The notes under the pieces: model-generated | Databases searched by the model: none | Told to the model about the DNA's origin: nothing | The model's input: the letters and a program-made list of their open reading frames with translations, nothing else | NCBI GenBank assembly: GCA_041688145.1 | Contig: JBDNIV010000025.1 | Coordinates: forward strand, 4,047-68,046 | Length of the DNA: 64,000 nt | Source of the DNA: Chlamydiia bacterium | Lineage (GTDB): Bacteria; Chlamydiota; Chlamydiia; Chlamydiales; JAAKFQ01 | Direction: 5' to 3' | In this document: piece by piece, positions 1 through 9,780 of the stretch | Layout of the letters: the number at the start of each line of letters is the position of its first letter | Position numbering within the stretch: position 1 is the stretch's first letter | Translations under genes and position numbers: made by a program

Positions 1-351
1 ACTGTACGGGTTATGAAGGTAGGAAAAGTGCGTGTAACAGACGCTTATCTCCAAGATGTCTTTGCGCTTTTTTGGCTTGTGATTGCTTTTACTCTAGTCT
101 CTACTTTTATCTTTGTATCTGAGGGATATTCAACAAGTTTTTCTCTAGGAATTATTTCCTCTATGGTGACGAATTCGGGCATGCCTTTTTCAGGCTTGCC
201 TTCAGCGCATTCTTGTGGATGTGTGATGGGATCGATGGTTTTTTTAAGCCCTTCACTTAAGATTTTATGTATCTTGCTTATGCTGCTTGGTAGACTTGAG
301 TATTTTATATTGCTGATACTCTTTGTACCTTCTTTTTGGAGAAGAGGCTGA
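1..351 (+). CDS. TrkH/KtrB-family K+ uptake permease, C-terminal fragment (5' end outside window)
   Basis: Frame 1 is open from base 1. The hydrophobic tail ...KILCILLMLLGRLEYFILLILFVPSFWRRG resembles the conserved TrkH C-terminus (ML.GRLE.FT.LVLF.P.FWR). Confidence 0.6.
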   Translation, partial: TVRVMKVGKVRVTDAYLQDVFALFWLVIAFTLVSTFIFVSEGYSTSFSLGIISSMVTNSGMPFSGLPSAHSCGCVMGSMVFLSPSLKILCILLMLLGRLEYFILLILFVPSFWRRG

Positions 352-1659
352 TTAGTCAGCATAGAGTGGATTTAAAAAACCCAGGCGCTTTTCTAAAAAA
401 GCTTTTTTTTCTGCGCGGTGCACTTCAATCATCTTCCATCCGGGATTTTTTTCTTCTATTAGGAGGTTATAGACCTCCTCCGTGCCGCACACCTTACACA
501 GCATAGCTTTGCGCGCTTTTATGGCAGCAAGACTCTTTTTAAAAGCCTCAGGGTGGCTGGACTTTAAAATCGAGAGAATAAGAAATTGTATTTTTGTAGG
601 CTTAAGCGCTTTTGGATCTGTAATTCGAATTAAAGCGCCTTGGCATAGTTTGCCTTTGAATGAACCAAAAAATGGGCGGTGATGAAAAGGCACAAAGCGT
701 ACGCCTTCCAGATTTTGCTTGTTTAATTTCTCACAAAATTCTTCAGCGTTAATCCAAGGAGCGGTTACGACTTTAAATGGCAGGGTATAACCAACACCAA
801 TATGTGCTATTTGCAACTCTCCCAGTATGCCCGTCATAGGATAGTAAAGAGGCGTGTCACTTTCTGGGATTTGAGGGCTTGTTGGTATCCAGTTTAGGTT
901 TGTATCTTTAAAAAACATGGAGCGTTTCCAGCCGATCATAGGAGATATATGAAGCTTACAGCCGATTTTTCTTGTTTTATTGAAGTAGATAGCGAGCTCC
1001 CCAATTGTCATGCCATGGCAGTAAGGGACATCTACTTCTCCAAAAAAAGAACGCCATTTTTCTTCAAGCATAGGCCCATCCACAATCAGCCCTGACATGG
1101 GATTAGGGCGATCAGCTACAATGACTTCAATACCAAGTTTTGCCGCAGCTTCTATCATATAAAAAACTGTCGTAGCGTAGGTGTAGGAGCGTGAGCCAAT
1201 ATCTTGCAGATCGCAGATGATCACATCGATACCTTTTAGCATTGCATCTGTAGGCCTTTTATGAGCGCCATGCAGGCTGTAGATAGCTAAAGATTCCTTT
1301 TTCAAATCCTCTTGCTTATCAGGAACAGTTTCACCTGCATAATGGGCGCCGTTAAGGCCATGTTCAGGAGAAAAAAGAGCTGTTACGTGTGCAATTTTTT
1401 CTAGAGTTTCTAATGAACTTTTTCCCTCTGAAGTAATAGCTGGGCTATGGGTCAAAAGACCAATTTTTTTATTTTTTAGCTTTGCTAAAAAAAAGGAGTT
1501 TTGAACAAGGTTTTCTAAGCCTGTTTTTACTTTTGGAGTAGCTGTAATTTTTTTTGTAGAGCTTTGGCAAGGCGGGCTATTTGCAAAAAGCCTAAGCGTA
1601 CTCATAGGCGCTATACTGAAAAAAATAAGAGCAAAAGAAAAAAGAGGTAAACGTTTCAT
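352..1659 (-). CDS. DUF1343 family protein (NamZ-like exo-beta-N-acetylmuramidase family), with signal peptide
   Basis: Long blocks typical of DUF1343: FSPEHGL, DLQDIGSRSYTY, VADRPNP, HGMTIGELA. Start moved to MKRLPLFSFALIFF (ATG at 1659), which gives a signal peptide. The track start at 1827 overlaps the divergent gene. Confidence 0.8.
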   Translation of the reverse strand: MKRLPLFSFALIFFSIAPMSTLRLFANSPPCQSSTKKITATPKVKTGLENLVQNSFFLAKLKNKKIGLLTHSPAITSEGKSSLETLEKIAHVTALFSPEHGLNGAHYAGETVPDKQEDLKKESLAIYSLHGAHKRPTDAMLKGIDVIICDLQDIGSRSYTYATTVFYMIEAAAKLGIEVIVADRPNPMSGLIVDGPMLEEKWRSFFGEVDVPYCHGMTIGELAIYFNKTRKIGCKLHISPMIGWKRSMFFKDTNLNWIPTSPQIPESDTPLYYPMTGILGELQIAHIGVGYTLPFKVVTAPWINAEEFCEKLNKQNLEGVRFVPFHHRPFFGSFKGKLCQGALIRITDPKALKPTKIQFLILSILKSSHPEAFKKSLAAIKARKAMLCKVCGTEEVYNLLIEEKNPGWKMIEVHRAEKKAFLEKRLGFLNPLYAD

Positions 1660-1729
1660 AATACCGTCAAATGTAACAGCCGTAGAAAAGAGTTGCAAGT
1701 CTGTAAGAAAAAGACGTATAACAGGATTT

Positions 1730-2671
1730 ATGAAAAAATATTTAGTACTTTTTATCTTTGGAGCCATGAGTTTTGCAGCAGCCGGTAAAAGACCTGCTGA
1801 TGGTCCTTGGCTTACAGGTCCTATCATTGCAGCTCCTGGTCATGCTTTGCAGCCTGGAGTCTCAGAAATGCAGGTCTATGTGAACCTCACAGACAACTCA
1901 GGCACCTATAATAATCAATGGCGTCACCATAAGTCTAAAGGTACAACAGTTTTAAATCCGTTCGTGATTTTTGGATGGGGCCTTGTTAAAAACTGGGATC
2001 TCCATATAACGATTCCTTTTGATGTTCGGTTTTATGAAGGGCAAAGAGCGCTTCGCACAAGTGATGTGAGTGCATCAGTTGGCTGGCAAGTTTCTAAAGA
2101 TAAAAGAGATCATTTCAGGCCTGATGTCCGTTTAACTATTGGAGAGAGTTTTCCTTCAGGACAGTACCGCAAGTTAGTCCAAAAGAAAAAAGGCACAGAC
2201 GCAAGCGGATCAGGTGCTTTTACGACAGACTTTGGTATTAAACTCCAAAAGCTCTTTTATACCTTCGGTACGCAGTTTTTAAGTTCGCGCCTTAATATAA
2301 GTTATGCGCTCCCCTCAGATGTAAGGGTTATTGGCCTTAACACATATGGAGGCTCTTTAGATACGAGAGGAACTGTTAAGCCTGGGCATACGTTCACAGT
2401 AGTTGCTTCTTTGGAGCAAACGCTCAGTCGCCACTGGGCGCTTGCAACAGATGTTCAATTTTCTAGAACAGGCAAAACCCGTTTCTCAGGTACAAGCAGC
2501 GATCCGAGCTCTATGGCCTCAGGTGATGTAGTCCAGTGGAGTCTTGCTCCAGCTATTGAGTACAACATCAACGAGAACTGCGGCTTCATAGGGGGCGCTT
2601 GGTTCACGGTATCAGGGAAAAATAGCCCAGAGTTCACTACGTGGGTTTTGTCATTTACTTACGCTAAGTAA
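1730..2671 (+). CDS. putative outer-membrane beta-barrel protein
   Basis: N-terminal signal peptide MKKYLVLFIFGAMSFAAA. Alternating hydrophobic/polar strand-like segments rich in G/T/S/Y, with aromatic residues near the C-terminus (LSFTYAK). Family not identified. Confidence 0.5.
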   Translation: MKKYLVLFIFGAMSFAAAGKRPADGPWLTGPIIAAPGHALQPGVSEMQVYVNLTDNSGTYNNQWRHHKSKGTTVLNPFVIFGWGLVKNWDLHITIPFDVRFYEGQRALRTSDVSASVGWQVSKDKRDHFRPDVRLTIGESFPSGQYRKLVQKKKGTDASGSGAFTTDFGIKLQKLFYTFGTQFLSSRLNISYALPSDVRVIGLNTYGGSLDTRGTVKPGHTFTVVASLEQTLSRHWALATDVQFSRTGKTRFSGTSSDPSSMASGDVVQWSLAPAIEYNINENCGFIGGAWFTVSGKNSPEFTTWVLSFTYAK

Positions 2672-2786
2672 CCTAGCTATTCATTTTTGTAGCTCTACCT
2701 TGCAGATGTGAGCGCATCTAAGATCTAGTTCTAGTCATTTTCTTTCGCGTGAGCTATGATGCGCAGCTTGAAGCTGAGGAAATATT

Positions 2787-5027
2787 ATGATAGATCTCAA
2801 TGATGAGCAGCGCATTGCAGGCCTGCATAAAGAAGGCCCTATGCTCGTTTTAGCAGGAGCAGGTTCTGGCAAGACCCGCATTGTCACTTTTCGTGTTTTA
2901 AATCTTATCAATTCAGGGGTAGAGCCTTCTGAGATTTTAGCGCTTACATTCACTAATAAAGCAGCAGGTGAGATGAAAGAGCGTTTATTCCAGCTCTGTC
3001 CTAAGCCTGTTTTAGTCACGACCTTTCATAGCTTAGGGGCGCGCATGCTTAGAGAGTATGCAGCGGGCTTTGAAGGATTAAAAGAAGACTTTACCATATA
3101 TGATGAGAATGACAGTGAAAAGCTTATCAAGTCGTGTTTAGATACGCTTGGGATTAAAGACAAAAAGCTTACAACAAAAGCTGTTAGAGGGCAGATTTCT
3201 ACTGCAAAAAATGCACTTGTGGATCCTGAAGACTTTAAAATTGAAGAGCCAATAGACAACCAAGTAAAACAGCTTTACGCTTTATATAGCAAAAGGCTAC
3301 GTGAATATAACGCGGTCGATTTTGATGACCTTTTATTTTTGACAGCAAAATTACTTGAGAAAAAACCTGAAACGCTAAAGGTAGCTCAAGAGAGATGGAA
3401 ATATTTTTTAATCGATGAGTACCAAGACACAAACCATGCGCAGTATGTGATTGCTAAAAGGTTGTCATCAAAAAGTAATAATCTGTTTGTCGTGGGCGAC
3501 CCTGATCAGTCTATATACTCTTGGCGCGGGGCGAACATCAAAAACATTTTAAACTTTGAAAAAGATTTTCCAGGTGCAAAAGTTGTGAAGCTTGAGCAAA
3601 ACTATCGGAGTACTGAGCATATCTTACAAGCAGCGAATGCTCTTATTCAGGAAAATGAAAGTCGGTATGAAAAAGATTTATGGAGCGCTTTAGGTGCTGG
3701 AGAAAAAGTATCTGTGTGCGCTTTAGATTCAGAGTATAATGAAGCTGAATTTGTCATAGGCAGTATCGAGCATCACTTAAGAGCAGGCACTACCCATAAT
3801 GAAATTGCTGTCTTATATAGAACAAACGCTCAGTCGCGCTCTATAGAGGATGGCTGCTTAGATGCAGGCATTCCTTATGTGGTTATTGGAGGTATCTCTT
3901 TTTATCAAAGAAAAGAGGTCAAAGATGCCTTGGCGCTACTCAGACTCGCAGTGAGTCCTGGAGACTATATGAGCTTTAATCGGGTCATAAAAGCACTAAG
4001 GCTGTCTGTAGGTGATACTTCTTTAGCAAAAATTCAAAAAGCACTTGGAGAAGTAAATGAATTAGATTCTATTCAGAAGAGTCCAAGAGATTTATTTTCT
4101 TTATGTGCAGCCATTATCGAAGACCCTGCAAAGTTTTCTATGCGTATTGGGCAAAAGCAGCGTGATGATTTAACTCGTCTGATTCATTTATTTAAAACAC
4201 TCAAAAAAAGTGCGGAAGAAAAAAGCACAGCAGAAGTGCTAAAAGAGGCTTTAGATATGACGCATTATTTTTCTATGCTCCGTTTAGATCCTGAGACTTT
4301 TGAAGACCGTAAGGAAAACGTAGAGTCTCTGGTCGCTAAAGCAATTGATTATGAGATGTCAGAAGATCCGAGTGTTATTGGTTTTTTAAATGATATAGCG
4401 CTAAAAACCAATCTTGATGAAGGGGGATCGCTTCATGGGCGCATTCGTCTGATGACAATGCATAACGCTAAAGGGTTAGAGTTTGATGTGGTTTTTTTAG
4501 TAGGTATGGAAGAAGACCTTTTCCCTCATATAAATTCTAAAGGAGACTATAGCCGCTTAGAAGAAGAAAGGCGCCTTTGCTATGTAGGGATGACGCGGGC
4601 TAAGCAAAAACTCTATCTTACCTGTGCACAAAAGCGCAGCGTTTGGGGTTCATTTCGTGTAATGTATCCAAGTAGGTTTTTGTCTGAGCTACCTAAAGAC
4701 TCTATTGAGAAAAAAGGTTCGTATGGTTCTGAGATCTCTTTTGATCCTTATGGACCAAATGTAGTCAAAAGACCCTCGAGTAATCAACAAACAGAAGCTT
4801 TCTCAAATTCAAGACTCTCCCCTATTCGCAAAGTAGCTTCGGGAAATAATCCAGAGCCTGCAGGAGGCGTTTTTGAGTCGGGTGAAAAGATCTTTCATCC
4901 AGAGTTTGGTCAGGGAAAAATAGATAAGGTCTATGAAGGTTCATTTGGCTGGATGTATGAAGTGACTTTCCAAAATGGAGATTCTAAGACGCTTGTTGCG
5001 AAGTTTGCGCCACTTTCTAGGGTTTAG
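2787..5027 (+). CDS. uvrD: ATP-dependent DNA helicase, UvrD/PcrA family
   Basis: Walker A GAGSGKT, DEYQDTN, VGDPDQSIYSWRGA, QNYRST, TMHNAKGLEF, LCYVGMTRAK. The C-terminal segment GEKIFHPEFGQGKI looks like a Tudor-like tail. Confidence 0.9.
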   Translation: MIDLNDEQRIAGLHKEGPMLVLAGAGSGKTRIVTFRVLNLINSGVEPSEILALTFTNKAAGEMKERLFQLCPKPVLVTTFHSLGARMLREYAAGFEGLKEDFTIYDENDSEKLIKSCLDTLGIKDKKLTTKAVRGQISTAKNALVDPEDFKIEEPIDNQVKQLYALYSKRLREYNAVDFDDLLFLTAKLLEKKPETLKVAQERWKYFLIDEYQDTNHAQYVIAKRLSSKSNNLFVVGDPDQSIYSWRGANIKNILNFEKDFPGAKVVKLEQNYRSTEHILQAANALIQENESRYEKDLWSALGAGEKVSVCALDSEYNEAEFVIGSIEHHLRAGTTHNEIAVLYRTNAQSRSIEDGCLDAGIPYVVIGGISFYQRKEVKDALALLRLAVSPGDYMSFNRVIKALRLSVGDTSLAKIQKALGEVNELDSIQKSPRDLFSLCAAIIEDPAKFSMRIGQKQRDDLTRLIHLFKTLKKSAEEKSTAEVLKEALDMTHYFSMLRLDPETFEDRKENVESLVAKAIDYEMSEDPSVIGFLNDIALKTNLDEGGSLHGRIRLMTMHNAKGLEFDVVFLVGMEEDLFPHINSKGDYSRLEEERRLCYVGMTRAKQKLYLTCAQKRSVWGSFRVMYPSRFLSELPKDSIEKKGSYGSEISFDPYGPNVVKRPSSNQQTEAFSNSRLSPIRKVASGNNPEPAGGVFESGEKIFHPEFGQGKIDKVYEGSFGWMYEVTFQNGDSKTLVAKFAPLSRV

Positions 5028-5051
5028 AAAATCAAATAATAGCCTCATGTT

Positions 5052-5561
5052 ATGAGTAAAAAAAAGTATGTATTTAAGCCCTACGATTCAGACTTCCCTA
5101 AGCTTTTTCAAAACGAGCACAAAAGAATACAAGCAGCAAGCCTATTACCTTTAAGTATAGAGCACATAGGCAGTACAGCTGTTGAGGGTCTTGGGGGCAA
5201 GGGCATCATTGATATTCTAATTAAGGCACCTAAATTGAGCCTTGAAATGGTTTCTAAGCTTTTACAGAGTATCGGTTATGAATTTCGAAAAGACCATAGC
5301 GAAGAAGATAGACTTTTTTTCCGCATCGACTTGCCTGACACTAAAGAAGAGATAAGAAGATACCATGTCCACTTGACCTTCCTAGGTTCCAAAGCAGAAC
5401 AGAATCTTATGGGCTTTAGGGATTACTTAAAGATACATCCAGAGGCTCGTATAAAATATGAGCGGATGAAAAAACTTGCAGTCAAGAGAGCTCAGGGGGA
5501 AGGCCAAGTCTATAGGAAAGAAAAAGCATCTTTTTTTGATTCCTTAGATAAATCAAGCTAA
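5052..5561 (+). CDS. GrpB family protein
   Basis: Y..DFPKLF...IEHIGSTAVEGLGGKGIIDILI matches the GrpB N-terminal signature. Confidence 0.8.
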   Translation: MSKKKYVFKPYDSDFPKLFQNEHKRIQAASLLPLSIEHIGSTAVEGLGGKGIIDILIKAPKLSLEMVSKLLQSIGYEFRKDHSEEDRLFFRIDLPDTKEEIRRYHVHLTFLGSKAEQNLMGFRDYLKIHPEARIKYERMKKLAVKRAQGEGQVYRKEKASFFDSLDKSS

Positions 5562-5852
5562 AAGAGCATAAATCTTTTCAGCAGTTTTTGATGGATCTGC
5601 TAAAATCTCAATCATTTTTTTAGAAGAACACTCTCCTTGTATAAGAGAAAAAGCAGATTTCGGCAATTTGAGCTGTTTGCTTAAAAAAGCAATGAGCTTG
5701 TGGTTTGCTTTTCCTTTTTCTGGCGTCGCATTGAGCTTAATAAAAAGTCTTTGCTCGCGCACACAAACAATTTCTGTTTTAGGAGCGTTAGGAAGTACTT
5801 TGAGATAGAGTTGGATACTTTTATCTAAGATTTTTAGGAAAGAAGAACTCAT
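5553..5852 (-). CDS. DUF167 (YggU) family protein
   Basis: LKVLPNAPKTEI...IKLNATPEKGKANHKLIAFLSK.LKLPKS...IQGECSSKK is the YggU pattern. The start overlaps the upstream gene's stop (ATGA at 5849-5852). Confidence 0.8.
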   Translation of the reverse strand: MSSSFLKILDKSIQLYLKVLPNAPKTEIVCVREQRLFIKLNATPEKGKANHKLIAFLSKQLKLPKSAFSLIQGECSSKKMIEILADPSKTAEKIYALLA

Positions 5853-6574
5853 CGTGATTTAAATAAGTCGAGTTTTTTGAGGCTATACTTTGGCCGAATT
5901 GCTAAATCCCAAATTTCTTGGTCTTTGAGTCCTATAAGGACATAGAGCGGATTTTTTACTTTGGCGTGCTTGAGAATTTTTGTAGCTCTTTGAAAAATCC
6001 ATTGTTTGATAGACAGTTTAGCTAAGAGTAGAGCCAGCCCAAGCCATGATAGGGTAAAAAGACTAGGCAGAAAAGCCACCCATATAGGGCTTAAGAAAAG
6101 AGGTAAAAGCCACAAGATGTCGCTCGGCCTGGCGAGAAGAGGGCCTAAAAAGCGCCTGAATCTAGATGAGCTTGTTTGATAGGCTAAAATTTCTTCAAAG
6201 CCTAGATGTTCTTTATAGGGAAAAAGCTCGTAGCGAACCAAATGGACAAATTCATGCGCGAGCACCTCTTCTATAGAGTATGAAAAAAAGAGAGTAGTAA
6301 ACAAAGATTTTTGTTTCTTTTTCAAAAGTTTGGGATGGATCTGGATAGTCGGGCCTACGCATAGACTACTCAGTTTCTTGTCTTTATCAGAGCCTTTTTC
6401 TTGGGCAATTGGGATCCAAGTAGCTGCAAGCTGCAGGAAAAGTTTTTTTTGACTTATAAAAATTTGGGGATTGTGAGGCTTTTTACCAAATTTTTTTTGG
6501 ATTTTATTTAAGGCTAATAAAGTCTCTTTTTGAGAGAGCGATAGAGCCTTTTCTAAGTGTTTAAGATGCGTCAT
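5849..6574 (-). CDS. hypothetical membrane protein with HExxH motif (putative zinc metalloprotease-like)
   Basis: AHEFVH motif followed by two or three hydrophobic segments (ILWLLPLFLSPIWVAFLPSLFTLSWLGLALLLA). No family recognised. Confidence 0.5.
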   Translation of the reverse strand: MTHLKHLEKALSLSQKETLLALNKIQKKFGKKPHNPQIFISQKKLFLQLAATWIPIAQEKGSDKDKKLSSLCVGPTIQIHPKLLKKKQKSLFTTLFFSYSIEEVLAHEFVHLVRYELFPYKEHLGFEEILAYQTSSSRFRRFLGPLLARPSDILWLLPLFLSPIWVAFLPSLFTLSWLGLALLLAKLSIKQWIFQRATKILKHAKVKNPLYVLIGLKDQEIWDLAIRPKYSLKKLDLFKSR

Positions 6575-6676
6575 TTAAACCATACTATTTAAAAAGGGGT
6601 GGTTGAAAAAACAGCTTTCCGATAGCCTCCAGTTATTTAAGAGGCTAACTAAAAGCCTCCAAAGCAGACTATTACC

Positions 6677-9157
6677 ATGAAGAAAAAGTCCTTAATTGTT
6701 GTTGAGTCACCGACTAAGATAAAGTCATTAAAGAAGTTTTTGTCTTCTGATTTCATCATTGAATCGTCTTACGGTCATATCATAGACTTGCCGGCTAAAA
6801 AATTTGGCATTGATGACGAAACGTTTGAGCCTGAGTATACGACGCTAGAAGGTAAGACGCAAGTAATCAAAGACCTGAAAAAAGCGGCAGCTAAATGTGA
6901 TACTGTCTACCTCGCTCCTGATCCAGACCGTGAGGGAGAGGCTATTGCATGGCATATTGCATCTATTATGCCAAAGGGCATGAAGATCAAGCGCGCTGTT
7001 TTTAACTCTGTGACTAAAAAAGCTGTGCAAGAGGCTGTAGAAAATCCTCGAGAAATCAATATGGCTCTTGTAAATGCTCAGCAGGCAAGGCGTTTATTAG
7101 ATAGAATTGTAGGATATAAGGTCTCTCCTGTGCTTTCGCGTAAAGTGTCTGCAGGCCCTGGTAGACGGGGGCTATCTGCAGGAAGAGTGCAATCTGTAGC
7201 TTTGAAACTGGTTGTTGATCGAGAAAAAGAAATCGAAGCTTTTGTCCCCGTAGAGTATTGGAATCTATCATCGCTATTAAAGACAAAAGGTGGAGAGTTT
7301 TCTGCAAATCTCTATAGCGTCGATGGCCTAAGAGTAGAAAAAGAAGCCGTAGAAGGTAAAAAAGCGTTCCTTATTAACAATGAGAAAGTTGCGCGTGGCA
7401 TTGAGTCTAAGCTAAAAAAAGCGAAATACGAGACAGCAAGTGTTACGAAGAAAGAGAAAAAAAGGGCACCAGGCCCTCCTTTCATTACATCGACGCTTCA
7501 GCAAGAAGCTTTTCGCCATCTCTCTTTTTCTCCTGCAAAAACCATGAAAGTAGCGCAGGAGCTCTATGAAGGTATAGACCTAGGTTCTGGAGATACGCAA
7601 GGTCTTATTACTTATATGCGTACTGACTCTGTACGTATGGCTCCTGAAGGTGTAGAGGCTGCAAGAGCACATATTCAAAAGGCTTTTGGTAAAGAGTACT
7701 TGCCTGAAAAGCCCAACTCTTACGCGACTAAAAAAAGTGCCCAAGATGCTCACGAAGCTATTCGTCCTGTTGATGCAGACTATTCGCCACAAAAAGTAGC
7801 CAAATATCTGAGCCCAGATCAGAAAAAACTTTACGGGCTTATTTGGATGCGCACACTTGCCTCTCAGATGCAGCCTGCTATTTATGATACGATTTCAGCA
7901 GACATCACGACAGATGTCGGGTGTATGCTTAGAGCAACCGGATCTATTCTCAAATTTGATGGGCACCTAAGAGCTTATCAAGAAAAGGAAGATGAGAATA
8001 CAGCTGAAGAAGAAAAGCTTTTACCTCCTTTGGAACAGGGGCAGGCGCTTGCACTTAAAAAAGTGGATGCGATCCAAGCTTTTACAAGACCTCCTCCACG
8101 CTTTAGTGAGGCATCCCTTATTAAAGAGTTAGAAAAATCAGGTATTGGCAGGCCCTCTACTTATTCAGCGATTATGAATAAGATTAAGAGTCGAGATTAT
8201 ACAGAAAAAGAGGGCGGTCGCCTCAAGCCAACAGAGCTTGGATGTGTAATCGCTACTTTTTTAGAGAGTAATTTTTCTGGAATTATGAATGTCGATTTTA
8301 CTCGAGAGATGGAAGATGAGCTTGAGGAAATAGCAGACGGTAAGCTTGATTGGAAAAAGTTGCTAAAAACATTTTGGGCTGAGTTTATGCCCGTGGTTGA
8401 AATAGCGACTAAAGAGGCTCATGTTCCTAAAAATCTAACGGATATTACTTGTCCTGAGTGTAAAAAACATAAGTTACATAAGATCTGGGCAAAGGGTAAA
8501 TATTTTTATGGATGTAGTGGTTATCCAGACTGTGGATATACCAACTCTTTAGAAGGGCTTAACTTTAAAAAAGAAGACTACGCTGCAGATTTTGATTGGA
8601 ATCAGAAATGTCCTAAGTGTGAAAGTGAAATGACACTTCGTCATGGACGCTTTGGCGCTTTTTTAGGGTGTGCTAAATATCCCAAGTGTCGGGGCCTTGT
8701 TAATGTTCCTCCTAAAGGGGAAAAAATTATAGACATTCCCTGCCCTGCTAAAGGATGCACAGGGGGCATTACGAAAAAAATGTCTCGTTTTGGACGGCCT
8801 TTTTACTCTTGCAGTGAGTTTCCTGAATGCGATGTCATTGTAAACGACCTTGCAGATCTAAAAGTGAAGTATAAAGACCATCCAAAAACAGCGTATGTAG
8901 CTAGGAAAAAAGGTAAAGGCGGTGGGCCAGGACCTCGGAAGCTTTCTAAAGAGCTGCAAGCGATCGTAGAAAAAGAAGAGCTTTCTAGGCCAGAGGTCAC
9001 TAAAGCACTTTGGGTTTATATCAAACAGCACGACTTACAAGACCCAGATAATAGACGTCGTATTATTGCGGATGAAAAGCTAAAAGCGTTCTTTGGAGGG
9101 CTTGAATCTATTGATATGTTTGAGCTTGCTAAAGTCATTAGTGGGCATCTGTCGTAA
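6677..9157 (+). CDS. topA: DNA topoisomerase I with three C4 zinc ribbons and a C-terminal SWIB domain
   Basis: Toprim start LIVVESPTK, DPDREGEAI, active-site region ITYMRTDS. Zinc ribbons include CPECKK...CSGYPDC, CPKCES...CAKYPKC and CPAKGC...CSEFPEC. A SWIB tail follows. Confidence 0.95.
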   Translation: MKKKSLIVVESPTKIKSLKKFLSSDFIIESSYGHIIDLPAKKFGIDDETFEPEYTTLEGKTQVIKDLKKAAAKCDTVYLAPDPDREGEAIAWHIASIMPKGMKIKRAVFNSVTKKAVQEAVENPREINMALVNAQQARRLLDRIVGYKVSPVLSRKVSAGPGRRGLSAGRVQSVALKLVVDREKEIEAFVPVEYWNLSSLLKTKGGEFSANLYSVDGLRVEKEAVEGKKAFLINNEKVARGIESKLKKAKYETASVTKKEKKRAPGPPFITSTLQQEAFRHLSFSPAKTMKVAQELYEGIDLGSGDTQGLITYMRTDSVRMAPEGVEAARAHIQKAFGKEYLPEKPNSYATKKSAQDAHEAIRPVDADYSPQKVAKYLSPDQKKLYGLIWMRTLASQMQPAIYDTISADITTDVGCMLRATGSILKFDGHLRAYQEKEDENTAEEEKLLPPLEQGQALALKKVDAIQAFTRPPPRFSEASLIKELEKSGIGRPSTYSAIMNKIKSRDYTEKEGGRLKPTELGCVIATFLESNFSGIMNVDFTREMEDELEEIADGKLDWKKLLKTFWAEFMPVVEIATKEAHVPKNLTDITCPECKKHKLHKIWAKGKYFYGCSGYPDCGYTNSLEGLNFKKEDYAADFDWNQKCPKCESEMTLRHGRFGAFLGCAKYPKCRGLVNVPPKGEKIIDIPCPAKGCTGGITKKMSRFGRPFYSCSEFPECDVIVNDLADLKVKYKDHPKTAYVARKKGKGGGPGPRKLSKELQAIVEKEELSRPEVTKALWVYIKQHDLQDPDNRRRIIADEKLKAFFGGLESIDMFELAKVISGHLS
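8930..9157 (+). other. SWIB/MDM2 domain fused to the TopA C-terminus (approximate bounds)
   Basis: LSKELQAIVEKEELSRPEVTKALWVYIKQHDLQDPDNRRRIIADEKLKAFFG...MFELAKVISGHL is a typical SWIB sequence. Confidence 0.8.
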
Positions 9158-9269
9158 AAAATAAAAAAAAACTGCGCGGTCTATTTGAAAAAAATAAATT
9201 GAGACAGTACAGTGAGATTTTGGACGAAACAATTATAAGGCTGACTGTGCCATGAAAGAGGGATTTACT

Positions 9270-9671
9270 ATGCAAGAGATTGAACAATTTGGAAAAACGC
9301 ATAAGATGTCTATCTTATTAAGTGCTGTTTTTCTCGTATCAGCAATATGCAATATGCTGTTTTGGGATTCACTAAGTATTTGGCTAGTAGCACTAGGTGC
9401 TATTGGGGGTCTTTGTTTTCCAGATCCTATTGCGCGTTTTTTAACACGTACAGCAAGTTTTATTGGAAAACAGGAAAGAACGGTCCGCCTTATTTTTGCG
9501 GGAGTGGCCATTGCCGTGGCGATTGTCTTTCCTCCACTTCACTTTTTAACTGCAGGTCTTATTGCAGGCATCGCTCTTAAGGCAAATATGGGACAGCTTA
9601 ATCCTAAGGCCCCTGCTGAGCCTCCTATGAAACGACCACCTGAAGACAAACAAGATGGCGAAAATAAATAA
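9270..9671 (+). CDS. hypothetical membrane protein (about 4 hydrophobic segments, Pro/Lys-rich tail)
   Basis: ORF with hydrophobic stretches. The ATG at 9270 is preceded by AGAGGGA at 6 nt; an alternative in-frame ATG lies at 9252. A hairpin plus T-run follows. Confidence 0.5.
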   Translation: MQEIEQFGKTHKMSILLSAVFLVSAICNMLFWDSLSIWLVALGAIGGLCFPDPIARFLTRTASFIGKQERTVRLIFAGVAIAVAIVFPPLHFLTAGLIAGIALKANMGQLNPKAPAEPPMKRPPEDKQDGENK

Positions 9672-9712
9672 GTTTTCTTGCGTATAAGTAGCTCTATCCA
9701 AGCTCGCAAGTA

Positions 9713-9746
9713 AGGCCTCCCACGTACACCCTGGGGGGCCTTTTTT
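9713..9746 (+). terminator. rho-independent terminator candidate
   Basis: AGGCCTCCC (9713-9721) pairs with GGGGGGCCT (9733-9741) with one G-U pair. The 11-nt loop is followed by TTTTTT. Confidence 0.6.
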
Positions 9747-9780
9747 ATTGGAGTTTGGTTTTTTTAATCAGGACTCTTTC

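Noticed and set aside
45-362. 105-codon minus-strand ORF at the window start
   Set aside because: It lies antisense to the TrkH-like frame, whose conserved C-terminal signature explains the region. The antisense product is low-complexity and unrecognisable.
1660-1827. N-terminal 56-codon extension of the DUF1343 ORF given by the track
   Set aside because: The extension overlaps the divergent outer-membrane gene start. The internal ATG at 1659 yields a proper signal peptide.
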